Positions 9,857 to 18,075 of a stretch of DNA of 46,208 bases are shown here, piece by piece (position 1 is the stretch's first letter; each line of letters opens with the position of its first letter). Source of the stretch: Deltaproteobacteria bacterium (GTDB lineage Bacteria; Desulfobacterota; Deferrimicrobia; Deferrimicrobiales; Deferrimicrobiaceae); the NCBI GenBank assembly GCA_032125195.1, contig JAQBCN010000130.1, forward strand, positions 1 through 46,208, given 5' to 3'. The notes under the pieces were generated by a model. That model saw only the letters and a list, made by a program, of their open reading frames with translations. It was not told the DNA's origin and made no database searches. The position numbers were made by a program, and so were the translations under genes.

Positions 9857-10852
9857 TCACTCCGGAAGTTCGCGGAGATACTTGGCGGACTCCTCGGGAG
9901 GGGTCGGGTTGATGTAGAAGCCGGACCCCCACTCGAACCCCGCCACCTTCGTCAGTTTCGGCATGATCTCGATGTGCCAGTGGAAAAAGTCCGCCGCCCT
10001 CTCCTGGAAGGGGGCGCTGTGGACGATGAAGTTGAAGGGCGGGTTTTCGAGGGCGAGGTTCAGGCGACGCAAGGTCCGCCGGAAGACGGCGGCGAGCGCC
10101 TTCGCCTGGTCCTCATTGATCATCTCGTAGGCGCACTGGTGGCGCTTCGGGACGATCCAGGTCTCGAACGGAAAGCGGGGCGCGTACGGCGCGAAGGCGA
10201 GGAACTCGCCGGTCTCTTCCACGATGCGGACCTTCTGGTCCATCTCCTGGACGACGATGTCGCAGAAGAGGCAACGGTCGCGGAAGCGGTAATACTCCTT
10301 GCACCCGTTCATCTCCTCCATCACCCGCTTCGGGATGACGGGAAGGGCGATCAACTGGGAATGGCTGTGGGTCAGGGACGCCCCGGCGGCGGCGCCGTGG
10401 TTCTTGAAGATGATCACCGACTTGAACCGGTGGTCGTTCTTCAGGTCGAGGAGCCGGTCCCGGTACGCCCACAGGACGTCCTCGAACCGCTTCTCGGGCA
10501 GGTCGAACAGGTCGACGTCGTGGCGTTCCGATTCGATGACGACCTCGTGGGCGCCGAGGCCGTGCATCCGGTCGTAGATCCCGTCGGCCGCCTTCCCCAG
10601 CTCCCCCTCGATCCGCAGGGCGGGGAACTTGTTGGGAACGACGCGCAAGGTCCAGTTCGGGTCGTTGGGCTGCCCGCCCTGCCGGTACCCGAGGATTTCG
10701 GGAGGGGTCATCCGCTCGCTCCCCGGACAGAGGGGACACACTCCCTCGCGCCGCGGAGCGGGCTCCGGGGGAAAATCGTGGGGACGCTTGGCCCGTTCGG
10801 TGGAGATGATGACCCACCGGCCGACAACCGGGTCTTTTCGAAGTTCCGTCAT
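9857..10852 (-). CDS. GalT-family HIT nucleotidyltransferase (galactose-1-phosphate uridylyltransferase / ADP-glucose phosphorylase-like)
   Basis: 331 aa. Zinc site CPLCPG and an HSHSQ (HxHxQ) active-site motif, in two-half HIT architecture. The stop lies 4 nt before the glgA start. Confidence 0.85.
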   Translation of the reverse strand: MTELRKDPVVGRWVIISTERAKRPHDFPPEPAPRREGVCPLCPGSERMTPPEILGYRQGGQPNDPNWTLRVVPNKFPALRIEGELGKAADGIYDRMHGLGAHEVVIESERHDVDLFDLPEKRFEDVLWAYRDRLLDLKNDHRFKSVIIFKNHGAAAGASLTHSHSQLIALPVIPKRVMEEMNGCKEYYRFRDRCLFCDIVVQEMDQKVRIVEETGEFLAFAPYAPRFPFETWIVPKRHQCAYEMINEDQAKALAAVFRRTLRRLNLALENPPFNFIVHSAPFQERAADFFHWHIEIMPKLTKVAGFEWGSGFYINPTPPEESAKYLRELPE

Positions 10853-10901
10853 GCTGCCTCCGGTGGCGGGGGGAAGTCGGTGGAGGCCTTCGGCGGGACG
10901 C

Positions 10902-11258
10902 CTACTTGACCTCTTCCTCCTCGGCGACGGTCTTGCAGTCGATGCACAGGGCGGTGACCGGGCGGGCGACCAGGCGCTTCTCCTCGATCTCCCCGCCGCA
11001 CCCGTCGCAGATCCCGAACGTCCCGTTCTCGATCCGTTTCATGGCCTCCTGGATCTTGGCCACGAGCTTCCGGTCCCGGTCCCGAAGTCGGAGGGTGAAG
11101 TTCCTGTTGGACTCGAGCGAGGCCCGGTCGGTCGGGTCGGGGAAGTTCTCTTCCTCGACGCTGGTCATGTCGACGACCGTCCGTTCCGCTCCCGCCAACA
11201 GTTCGTCCAGTTGGCCCTGGAGCTCTGCCCGACAATTTTCGATGCCGACGCGGTCCAT
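10902..11258 (-). CDS. dksA: DksA/TraR-family C4 zinc-finger transcription factor
   Basis: 118 aa. Coiled-coil N-terminus and CDGCGGEIEEKRL...LCIDCK zinc finger. Confidence 0.85.
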   Translation of the reverse strand: MDRVGIENCRAELQGQLDELLAGAERTVVDMTSVEEENFPDPTDRASLESNRNFTLRLRDRDRKLVAKIQEAMKRIENGTFGICDGCGGEIEEKRLVARPVTALCIDCKTVAEEEEVK

Positions 11259-11354
11259 CGTTTCCAGCCCCCGGGGTGCAACCCTCGTCCAGATACGGTA
11301 TCCCGTTTCCCCGGGGGTGTAAAGACGGGGCGGCGAGGGCAGCGTCTCGCTGCG

Positions 11355-13289
11355 CTAGATGCTCAACTCCGCCCCGAGGAGAAAGTTGATTCCCGGGGCG
11401 GGGTATCCTTTCCGCTCCTCGTAGTCGCGGTCCAGGAGATTCTGGACATTTCCGGTCAAGGCGACCTGCGGGACTTCGCGGGAACCGGCCCTCCAGAGAT
11501 ACCTGCCGTGGAGGTCGATGCGCGCGTATCCCGGCCGCCGCGGATCCCCGCCGTTGGGCGGGACGTCCAGTTCGTCGCTTTCCAGCCGCCAGTCGACCCG
11601 GCCCGTGAATGCGGTGGTAGGGGTCAGGACGATCGAGGCGGACCCACGCTGTTTCGGCACCCCCCGGAGAGGCTGGCCGTACGTGTAGTTCCACGTATCG
11701 GTATAGGTGTACGTTCCCGCCAGCCCCACGACCCGGTTGAGCTGCCACGCCCCCCCCAGTTCCACCCCCCGGGAGTACGACGTTCCAACATTGCTCAATT
11801 GGCCGAATCCGACCGGCCCGGGGACCGTATCGTCATACTGGATCAGGTCGCGGAAGTCCTGGTAGAACCAGGTCGCCGAAACAAGCGCCTCCCCCCCCGC
11901 CAGGGTGATGTCGGCTCCGACCTCGTAGGACCACGTCATCTCCGGCGACAGGGCGGGGTTCCCGAGGAAGGGGTCCGACTTTTCGGAGATCGTCGGAGTC
12001 CGGAATCCCCGCCCTGCGGCGGCTCGCAGCCGTACGCCGACGCCCGGCACGTCGTGGAAGGCCGCCACCCTCGGACTGACCACCGTCCCCGCCTCGGAGT
12101 TCCGGTCGACGCGCAGGCCGGCGCTGACCCCGGCCCCTTTCCCCGCCCGCCACTCTTCCTGAAGGAAAACGGACCGGTTGATCGAGGTGTCGGCGGTGTT
12201 CGTGTCCCCGAAGTTGGACTGCAGCGTGTCCGTCGCCCGGTTGTTCGTAAACTCGAACCCGGCGAAGGTGACGGAGCGCTCGCCGGTCGCGACGCGGGCC
12301 ACGACCCCTACGTCCGTTTTGACGGTCTTCAACACATCGTCGTACACGTACGGGAACGCTTCCCCCTCGTCGGCGGGATCGCGGTCGTGATAATTCTCTT
12401 CGAACCGGCTCCCCGAAGCCGTGACCGAGAAGGCGGAGGAAATCTTCGTCTCCCACCGGCCGCCGGCGAGGAGCCCCCGCCGCGTGGACCGGTGGTTGAG
12501 GTCTTGCGGCGACCCGAAGTCGATCGGGATCCCCTTCTCCCCATCCGTATACAGGAGCAGCGCGTGGAACCGGTTCCTCTCCCCCACGGGGACGTCCCCG
12601 CCCCCCAGGAACGAGACGATGGAGGTGTCGTCGTTCGGGTGGATCCCGTTGCTCGTCAACCCATCGACGCCGAGGTGGTATCCGCCGCTCCCGACGCCCC
12701 CGGCCGCGAAGCCGTTCCACTGGAACGTGGAAAAGCTCCCCGCCGCCGCGCCGGCCCCGTACCGCGCCGGGACCGAAGGGCGGGGTGGAAGAAAGTTGAC
12801 CACGCCCGACATGGCGTTGGACCCGTACAGGGCGCTCTGCGAACCCCGGACAACCTCGATCCGGTCGAAGCGACCCACCGGGAGCGTGCTGATGTCGTAC
12901 GCTCCGTCGATCGCGGGGCTGTTCACCGGGAACCCGTCGATCAGCACCAGCGTGTGGCTGGCGAGCCCCCCGCGGATCTTGATGTTTTCCATGTTCCCCA
13001 GGCTCCCCTTCCGCTGGACGTCCACCCCGGGGAGCCCCTGGAGGGCGTCCCCGGCGAGCACCGCACCGTCCAGCTCGATCTCCTCCCGGGTCACGACGCT
13101 CACGGAGGAAGCCTGCTCCGAGACCTTCTCCTCGATGCGCGTCGCCGTCACGACCACCGGGTCCATCGTCACCGACTCCGCCGCGACGGAGGGAGCGGCC
13201 CCCCATGGAAGGAACATCGCCAGCAGCAAAGCGGAGCGGAACCGTCCGGCGGAAACCTTCGCGCAACGAAATTTTTCCATTCCCCGCAT
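11355..13289 (-). CDS. btuB: TonB-dependent outer-membrane receptor, BtuB-like (vitamin B12/corrinoid)
   Basis: C-terminal 644 aa of ORF 11355..14291. ATG at 13289 preceded by AAGGAG, then a signal peptide, TonB box DPVVVTATR, plug motifs (IKIRGG, VLIDG) and a long beta-barrel. It is the last gene of a riboswitch-led btu operon. Confidence 0.9.
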   Translation of the reverse strand: MRGMEKFRCAKVSAGRFRSALLLAMFLPWGAAPSVAAESVTMDPVVVTATRIEEKVSEQASSVSVVTREEIELDGAVLAGDALQGLPGVDVQRKGSLGNMENIKIRGGLASHTLVLIDGFPVNSPAIDGAYDISTLPVGRFDRIEVVRGSQSALYGSNAMSGVVNFLPPRPSVPARYGAGAAAGSFSTFQWNGFAAGGVGSGGYHLGVDGLTSNGIHPNDDTSIVSFLGGGDVPVGERNRFHALLLYTDGEKGIPIDFGSPQDLNHRSTRRGLLAGGRWETKISSAFSVTASGSRFEENYHDRDPADEGEAFPYVYDDVLKTVKTDVGVVARVATGERSVTFAGFEFTNNRATDTLQSNFGDTNTADTSINRSVFLQEEWRAGKGAGVSAGLRVDRNSEAGTVVSPRVAAFHDVPGVGVRLRAAAGRGFRTPTISEKSDPFLGNPALSPEMTWSYEVGADITLAGGEALVSATWFYQDFRDLIQYDDTVPGPVGFGQLSNVGTSYSRGVELGGAWQLNRVVGLAGTYTYTDTWNYTYGQPLRGVPKQRGSASIVLTPTTAFTGRVDWRLESDELDVPPNGGDPRRPGYARIDLHGRYLWRAGSREVPQVALTGNVQNLLDRDYEERKGYPAPGINFLLGAELSI

Positions 13290-13303
13290 CGCTTCTCCTT
13301 CCG

Positions 13304-14095
13304 TCAGCCAGGCATTCCCCGCAGGGGAGTGACGCGGATCGCGCCGGTGGCGGGGTTCCGGTCGCAGGCGACCGCCACGCCGTACGCTGCCTGTAAGTTG
13401 GCGGGAGTGAGCACCTCCTCGGGCCGCCCCTGCGCCGCCACCGTCCCCCCGGACAGCAGGACGATCCGCTCGCCGTACTCCGCGCAGAGCGACAGGTCGT
13501 GGGAGGCGACCAGCGCGGCGATCCCGGACGTCTCCTTCAGTTGCGTGACGATCTCGTAGAACGCGACCCGGTGCCGGATATCGAGGAACGCCGTCGGCTC
13601 GTCCAGTAGCATCACCCGCGCCCCTTGCGCGATCGCCCGGGCGACGGCGGCACGCTGGCGCTCCCCCGCGGAGATCTCCGACAGGGGCCGATCCCGCAGC
13701 CCGGTCAGGTCCGTCCTCTCCATCGCCCGCTCCACCTCCTCCCGATCCTCCGGCGACGTTCCCCCGAAGAACCCCTGGTGGGGGAACCGCCCGAGCCCGA
13801 CATAGGCGGCGACCGTCATCGGGAAGTCGACCGGCGGGTCCTGCCCCACGACGGAGAGGAGGCGCGCCATCTCCCGGCGGCGGAACTCCCCGGGTGGGCG
13901 CCCGCACAGCAGCACCTCCCCCTCGCGGGGCGGGAGGATCCCCGACAGGATCCGGATCAGCGTGCTCTTTCCTGCCCCGTTGGGACCGAGGATTACCGTC
14001 ACCTCTCCCGGGAAGAGATCGACGGTCACGCCGCGCAGGATGTCGCGGTCCCCGTAGCCGAACCCCACTCCGCGGGCGGACAGCGCCGGGGTCAC
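13304..14095 (-). CDS. btuD: ABC transporter ATP-binding protein (BtuD/FepC-type)
   Basis: Walker A GPNGAGKST, signature LSAGERQR, Walker B MLLDEP. GTG start at 14095 overlaps the permease stop (GTGA) and is preceded by GGGAGA. Confidence 0.9.
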   Translation of the reverse strand: MTPALSARGVGFGYGDRDILRGVTVDLFPGEVTVILGPNGAGKSTLIRILSGILPPREGEVLLCGRPPGEFRRREMARLLSVVGQDPPVDFPMTVAAYVGLGRFPHQGFFGGTSPEDREEVERAMERTDLTGLRDRPLSEISAGERQRAAVARAIAQGARVMLLDEPTAFLDIRHRVAFYEIVTQLKETSGIAALVASHDLSLCAEYGERIVLLSGGTVAAQGRPEEVLTPANLQAAYGVAVACDRNPATGAIRVTPLRGMPG

Positions 14096-15093
14096 GGCCG
14101 TCTCCCGTTGCGGCGCAGCAGGTAGAGGAAGAAGGGGGCGCCGGCGAGGGCGGTGACCGCTCCCACCGGCAATTCCCCCGCGGGGGAGGCGGCGCGGGCG
14201 AGCGTGTCGGAGAGGACGAGGAACGCCCCGCCCAGCAGGAACGCGGCGGGCAGGAGGCGGCGATGCCCGGAACCGACCAGCACGCGCGCACCGTGGGGAA
14301 CGATAAGCCCGACGAATCCGATGAGGCCGGAGACCGCCACGACCGAGCCGGCCAGCAGCGACGCCGTGAGGTACGTCGCGGTCTTCACCCGCTCGACGGA
14401 GAGTCCCGCCTGAAACGCAGCGTGATCGCCCAGGAGGAGCAGGTCCAGGCCGCGGGAGAGCAGGTACAGGAGGACCGTGCCGACAGCGACGTACGGGAAG
14501 AGGACCGCCACGCGGCGGGGGGTACCCAGGCCCAGATCCCCCATCAGCCAATACAGGGCGCCGGGGATCTTCCCGGGCGGGGCGAGGGTCACCATCAGCA
14601 TGATGACCGCGTTGAGAAACGCTCCCACGACGACGCCCATCAGGATCAGCCGCTCCGGGGAGACGCCACTCCGGCGTCGGGCGAGGAGGAAGACGACCAG
14701 GGCGGACAGCGCCGCTCCGCCGAAGGCGCACAGCGGAAGGAGCGGGGAGGCGTCCGCCGACAGGAAGAGGGCTACGGTCAGCGCGCCCACCGCGGCGCCC
14801 CCCGACACGCCGAGGATGTACGGATCGGCGAGCGGGTTGCGCAGGAGCGCCTGGAAGGCGACGCCGGAAGAGGCGAGGGCCCCGCCCACGAGGGCTCCCA
14901 GGAGGGCTCGCGGAAGCCGCAGCGACAAAAGCACCCGGGCGGCGGTGTCGTCCGTTCCCCGGAAGATCGCGTCGAAGGCCGCGCGGAAAGAGATCGGTAC
15001 CGGCCCGGTTGCCGCGGAGAGAGCCAGCGCGCCGAGGAGCGCGGCGGCGAGCACAGGGAACACCGCCCCGCTTCGTTTCCCGACGCCCGTCAC
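14092..15093 (-). CDS. btuC: FecCD/BtuC-family ABC permease
   Basis: Polytopic membrane protein with FecCD-family motifs (LLGALVGGALASSGVAFQALLRNPLADPYILGVSGGA). The GTG at 15093 overlaps the btuF stop (GTGA) and follows GGAGG-N5. The ORF stays open to an ATG at 15144. Confidence 0.88.
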   Translation of the reverse strand: MTGVGKRSGAVFPVLAAALLGALALSAATGPVPISFRAAFDAIFRGTDDTAARVLLSLRLPRALLGALVGGALASSGVAFQALLRNPLADPYILGVSGGAAVGALTVALFLSADASPLLPLCAFGGAALSALVVFLLARRRSGVSPERLILMGVVVGAFLNAVIMLMVTLAPPGKIPGALYWLMGDLGLGTPRRVAVLFPYVAVGTVLLYLLSRGLDLLLLGDHAAFQAGLSVERVKTATYLTASLLAGSVVAVSGLIGFVGLIVPHGARVLVGSGHRRLLPAAFLLGGAFLVLSDTLARAASPAGELPVGAVTALAGAPFFLYLLRRNGRRP

Positions 15094-16049
15094 CGCTTCC
15101 TCCCCGCGCCGGCCACGGACGCTTCGGGTCGGATCGCGCGCCACCCGGCAAGTGCCGCGGATACCCGCTCGAGCGCGGACACGAGCCGGGGCCCCGGGCG
15201 GGTCACGAGATCCCCGTCGAGGGTGATGACGGCGCCGTCCCGGAACGCGGGGACCTCCTTCCAGCGGGTGACCTCCGGCGGGAACCGTTCGACGCCGGAC
15301 ATCCCCGCGACGAAGATCACATCCGGCCGGGCGGCGACCAACCCCTCCACGGAGAGCCGCGGGTATCTGCCGGAAAAGCGCGCGGCGACGTTCCTGCCGC
15401 CGGCGAGACGCACCAGTTCGTCCATGAAGGTGCCTTCACCGGCCGCGATGATCGGCTCGGTGGAGACGACGAAGAGGACGGCGGGCTTTTCCGCATCGCC
15501 GGAGGGGGGGCGGGCCAGCCGCGCGCGCAGGCGAAGCGCCTCCGCCTCGGCGCGTCCCCGGTCCGCGGCGCCGAGAAGGATGCCCAGGCGCTCGATCGCC
15601 GTGAAGACCGCGTCCAGATCCTGCGGGGCCACGGCGAAGCACGGGATCCCCATCTCCTCGAGGGCCCGCACCTTGTCCCGGGGGTTCCCGTCCGTCGTGC
15701 ACAGGACGAGATCCGGCGACAGCGCGACGATCCGTTCTATGTCGGGATCGATCACGCCGCCGATCTTCGGCAGGGCGGAGGCCGCGGCCGGAACGTTGCA
15801 GAACCGGGTGACGCCGACGAGGGAGCCGCCGCGGCCGAGGAGGAAGACGATCTCGGTGAGACTGGGGGCAAGCGAGACGACGCGGCGGGGAGAAACGGGG
15901 AGCCGGACGGTGACGCCCCGGTCGTCCTTCAACGCGAGGGGGAACGGGTCCGCCGCGAACACGGGACGACCGACCGCGGACGCAAGGAGGAGGACCGGGA
16001 GGAACCCGGCGAGAACAAGGCGTTCGACGGCGATCCGGACGCGTCCCAA
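15090..16049 (-). CDS. btuF: periplasmic cobalamin/siderophore-type ABC substrate-binding protein (BtuF-like)
   Basis: 319 aa. Signal peptide, RVVSLAPSLTEIVFLLG motif and a PBP type-8 layout. TTG start at 16049 follows GGAGG-N7. Confidence 0.85.
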   Translation of the reverse strand: MGRVRIAVERLVLAGFLPVLLLASAVGRPVFAADPFPLALKDDRGVTVRLPVSPRRVVSLAPSLTEIVFLLGRGGSLVGVTRFCNVPAAASALPKIGGVIDPDIERIVALSPDLVLCTTDGNPRDKVRALEEMGIPCFAVAPQDLDAVFTAIERLGILLGAADRGRAEAEALRLRARLARPPSGDAEKPAVLFVVSTEPIIAAGEGTFMDELVRLAGGRNVAARFSGRYPRLSVEGLVAARPDVIFVAGMSGVERFPPEVTRWKEVPAFRDGAVITLDGDLVTRPGPRLVSALERVSAALAGWRAIRPEASVAGAGRKR

Positions 16050-16169
16050 AATGCATCCTCCCCCGGCCCGATGCCTTCGTGCTGCGGAAAAATGGATGGG
16101 GGGGGGTGAAACGCGCGTCCTGACGGCGAAAGCGCCCCGGCCCTTCTCCCGCGAAAGGCGTCTCGGGAT

Positions 16170-16372
16170 CTCTCCCCGCCGGGAAGGTCTCCTGGCTTCC
16201 GGCTACCCGGCGGCCCCCGAAGGGCCGCCACCCTACTCTCCGCGCCTTCCCGCCCGCGCTCTCGTCTCCCGGGCAGTGGCTCCGTTGCGGATTTCGTCAC
16301 CGGTTACAGTTGCGGGGCAGCGATGGACTCGCACCATCTTCCCTTGCCCCGACGGGAACGTTCCGATCTGCG
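16170..16372 (-). promoter_or_regulatory. cobalamin (AdoCbl) riboswitch
   Basis: The minus strand reads GCAAGGGAAGATGGTGCGAGTCCATCGCTGCCCCGCAACTGTAACCGG...GAGCCACTGCCCGGGAGAC...GGGAAGGCGCGG...GGAAGCCAGGAGACCTTCCCGG. It carries the conserved GGTG..A.TCC, GCTGCCCCGCAACTGTAA, B12-box GCCACTG and AGCCAGGAGACC elements, directly upstream of the btuFCDB genes. Confidence 0.9.
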
Positions 16373-16377
16373 CGACC

Positions 16378-16406
16378 ATTCTGCCGCGCCCCGCCCCACG
16401 CGTCAA
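16378..16406 (-). promoter_or_regulatory. putative sigma70-type promoter of the riboswitch/btu operon
   Basis: The minus strand reads TTGACG-N17-CAGAAT, just downstream of the ispB-like stop and a few nt before the riboswitch. Confidence 0.5.
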
Positions 16407-16419
16407 GGCGGAATCGCGA

Positions 16420-17415
16420 TCAGTTGGTCCGGGAGGTGATGTAGTCGGACAGTGCGACCAGGGCGGTCCGGGCGGAAGAGTCGGGCAGGACGGCGAGGTA
16501 ACGCTTCCCGCGCCGGACATATTCCCTCGCCCGGGAGACGGCGTACCCGATGCCGTCGTGGCGGGCCACCAGGCCGGCGAGGAAGGCGACGTCGCTGTCG
16601 CCGGGCTCCTTCTTCGCGAGAACGCGCCTCGCCCGGCCCCGGTCCGCGGCCCCCGCCCCGCGCAGCGCGTGCAGAAGCGGAAGCGTCACCTTCCCCTCCC
16701 GCAGATCCTGCAGGGGGCGCTTCCCCAGCGACTTCTCCGTCCCCGTGAAGTCGAGGATGTCGTCGACCAGCTGAAAGGCGATCCCGACCGACTTCCCGAA
16801 CCCGAACATCGCCCTCCGCGTCGCGGGGGGGGCCCCGGCGAGCACCGCCCCCGTTTCGGCGGCGGCGGCGATCAGCGACGCGGTCTTGCAGAAGACGACG
16901 GTCAGGTACTCCTTCTCCGTGATCCCCGCGTCGCGCGTCTTCATCAGTTGAAGCACCTCCCCTTCCGAGAGGTGGACCAGGGTGCGCGCGAAGATCCCGA
17001 GGACGTCGATGTCTCCGTCGTCCGTCATCAGTTGCGAAGCGCGGGCGAACAGGAAGTCGCCCACGAGGACGCTTACGGAGTTGCCGAACACGACGTTGGC
17101 CGACGGCTTGCCGCGGCGCACCGTCCCGGTGTCGACGACGTCGTCGTGCAGGAGCGCCGCCGTGTGCATGTATTCCGTCACCACGGACATCACGGTGCGC
17201 CGGGGACCCCGGTAGCCGCAGGCGTCCGCGGTCAGGAGCAGGATCGCGGGGCGGATCCGCTTCCCTCCGGACAATGTGATGTGCTTCCCGACGACGGGGA
17301 TGATCGGAACGGGGGAGGCCAGGCTGGATACGAGCGCCCGCTCGACCTTGCGCAGGTCTCGGCTCAGATAGCGGAAGACGCCGTCGATGTCGATGATCGT
17401 TCTCCTCCCGGGCAC
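16420..17415 (-). CDS. polyprenyl diphosphate synthase (IspB/octaprenyl- or heptaprenyl-type)
   Basis: 331 aa. First and second Asp-rich motifs LLHDDVVDTGTVRRG and QLVDDILDF. The only canonical start is the GTG at 17415. Confidence 0.9.
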   Translation of the reverse strand: MPGRRTIIDIDGVFRYLSRDLRKVERALVSSLASPVPIIPVVGKHITLSGGKRIRPAILLLTADACGYRGPRRTVMSVVTEYMHTAALLHDDVVDTGTVRRGKPSANVVFGNSVSVLVGDFLFARASQLMTDDGDIDVLGIFARTLVHLSEGEVLQLMKTRDAGITEKEYLTVVFCKTASLIAAAAETGAVLAGAPPATRRAMFGFGKSVGIAFQLVDDILDFTGTEKSLGKRPLQDLREGKVTLPLLHALRGAGAADRGRARRVLAKKEPGDSDVAFLAGLVARHDGIGYAVSRAREYVRRGKRYLAVLPDSSARTALVALSDYITSRTN

Positions 17416-17469
17416 GTTGACACTATCGCACAGGATTTCGGGCTGTCAACCGGGTCCGGTTCCAGTAGC

Positions 17470-18075
17470 ATGGTGCGCATGTACGACCGGAAAGACGCGT
17501 ATTACCGGCAGGCGAAAAAGGAAGGGTACCGGTCCCGGGCGGCGTACAAGCTTGCCCAGATCGCCGCGAAGGAGAAGGCGGTTCGCCCCGGGGACCGGGT
17601 GATCGACGCGGGAGCCGCGCCCGGCGGCTGGAGCCAGATCCTCCTCGGCATGGTGGGCGGCAAGGGGAAGATCGCCGCCGTCGACCTCCTCCCGATGGGG
17701 ACGCTGCCCGGGGAGAACTTCCGCTTCTGGCAACGGGACCTGACCGACCCCGCCCTCCCGGCCGAACTCCTCGAATTCCTCGGGGGGAAGGCCGACGCGG
17801 TCGTCTCGGACGCCGCCCCCAACACGACCGGATCCTCCTTCACCGACCAGGCGCGCTCCGCGGACCTCGTCCTGGCCGTCTTCGGCCTGGCGCGGGGGAC
17901 GCTGCGGGACGGGGGAACCTTTCTCGCAAAGATCTTCGGGGGCGCGGAAGCCGACGCGGTCTTCCGGGAACTGAAGCCGTTTTTCGCGGAGCTTCGCCGC
18001 CTCCGCCCCGAGGCGACGCGCAAGGAGTCGTTCGAACTCTATTTCCTGGGGAAAGGGTACAAGGCTACCTCGTGA
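17470..18075 (+). CDS. rlmE: 23S rRNA (uridine-2'-O)-methyltransferase RlmE/FtsJ
   Basis: C-terminal 201 aa of the artefactual ORF 13894..18075. YRSRAAYKL, VIDAGAAPGGWSQ, VVSDAAPNTTG and AKIF motifs. ATG at 17470, with an alternative at 17479. Confidence 0.92.
   Translation: MVRMYDRKDAYYRQAKKEGYRSRAAYKLAQIAAKEKAVRPGDRVIDAGAAPGGWSQILLGMVGGKGKIAAVDLLPMGTLPGENFRFWQRDLTDPALPAELLEFLGGKADAVVSDAAPNTTGSSFTDQARSADLVLAVFGLARGTLRDGGTFLAKIFGGAEADAVFRELKPFFAELRRLRPEATRKESFELYFLGKGYKATS

Noticed and set aside
13894-18075. 1393-aa plus-strand ORF
   Set aside because: Only the last 201 codons (from 17470) encode a real protein, RlmE. The remainder runs antisense through the btu operon, the riboswitch and the ispB-like gene with junk composition.
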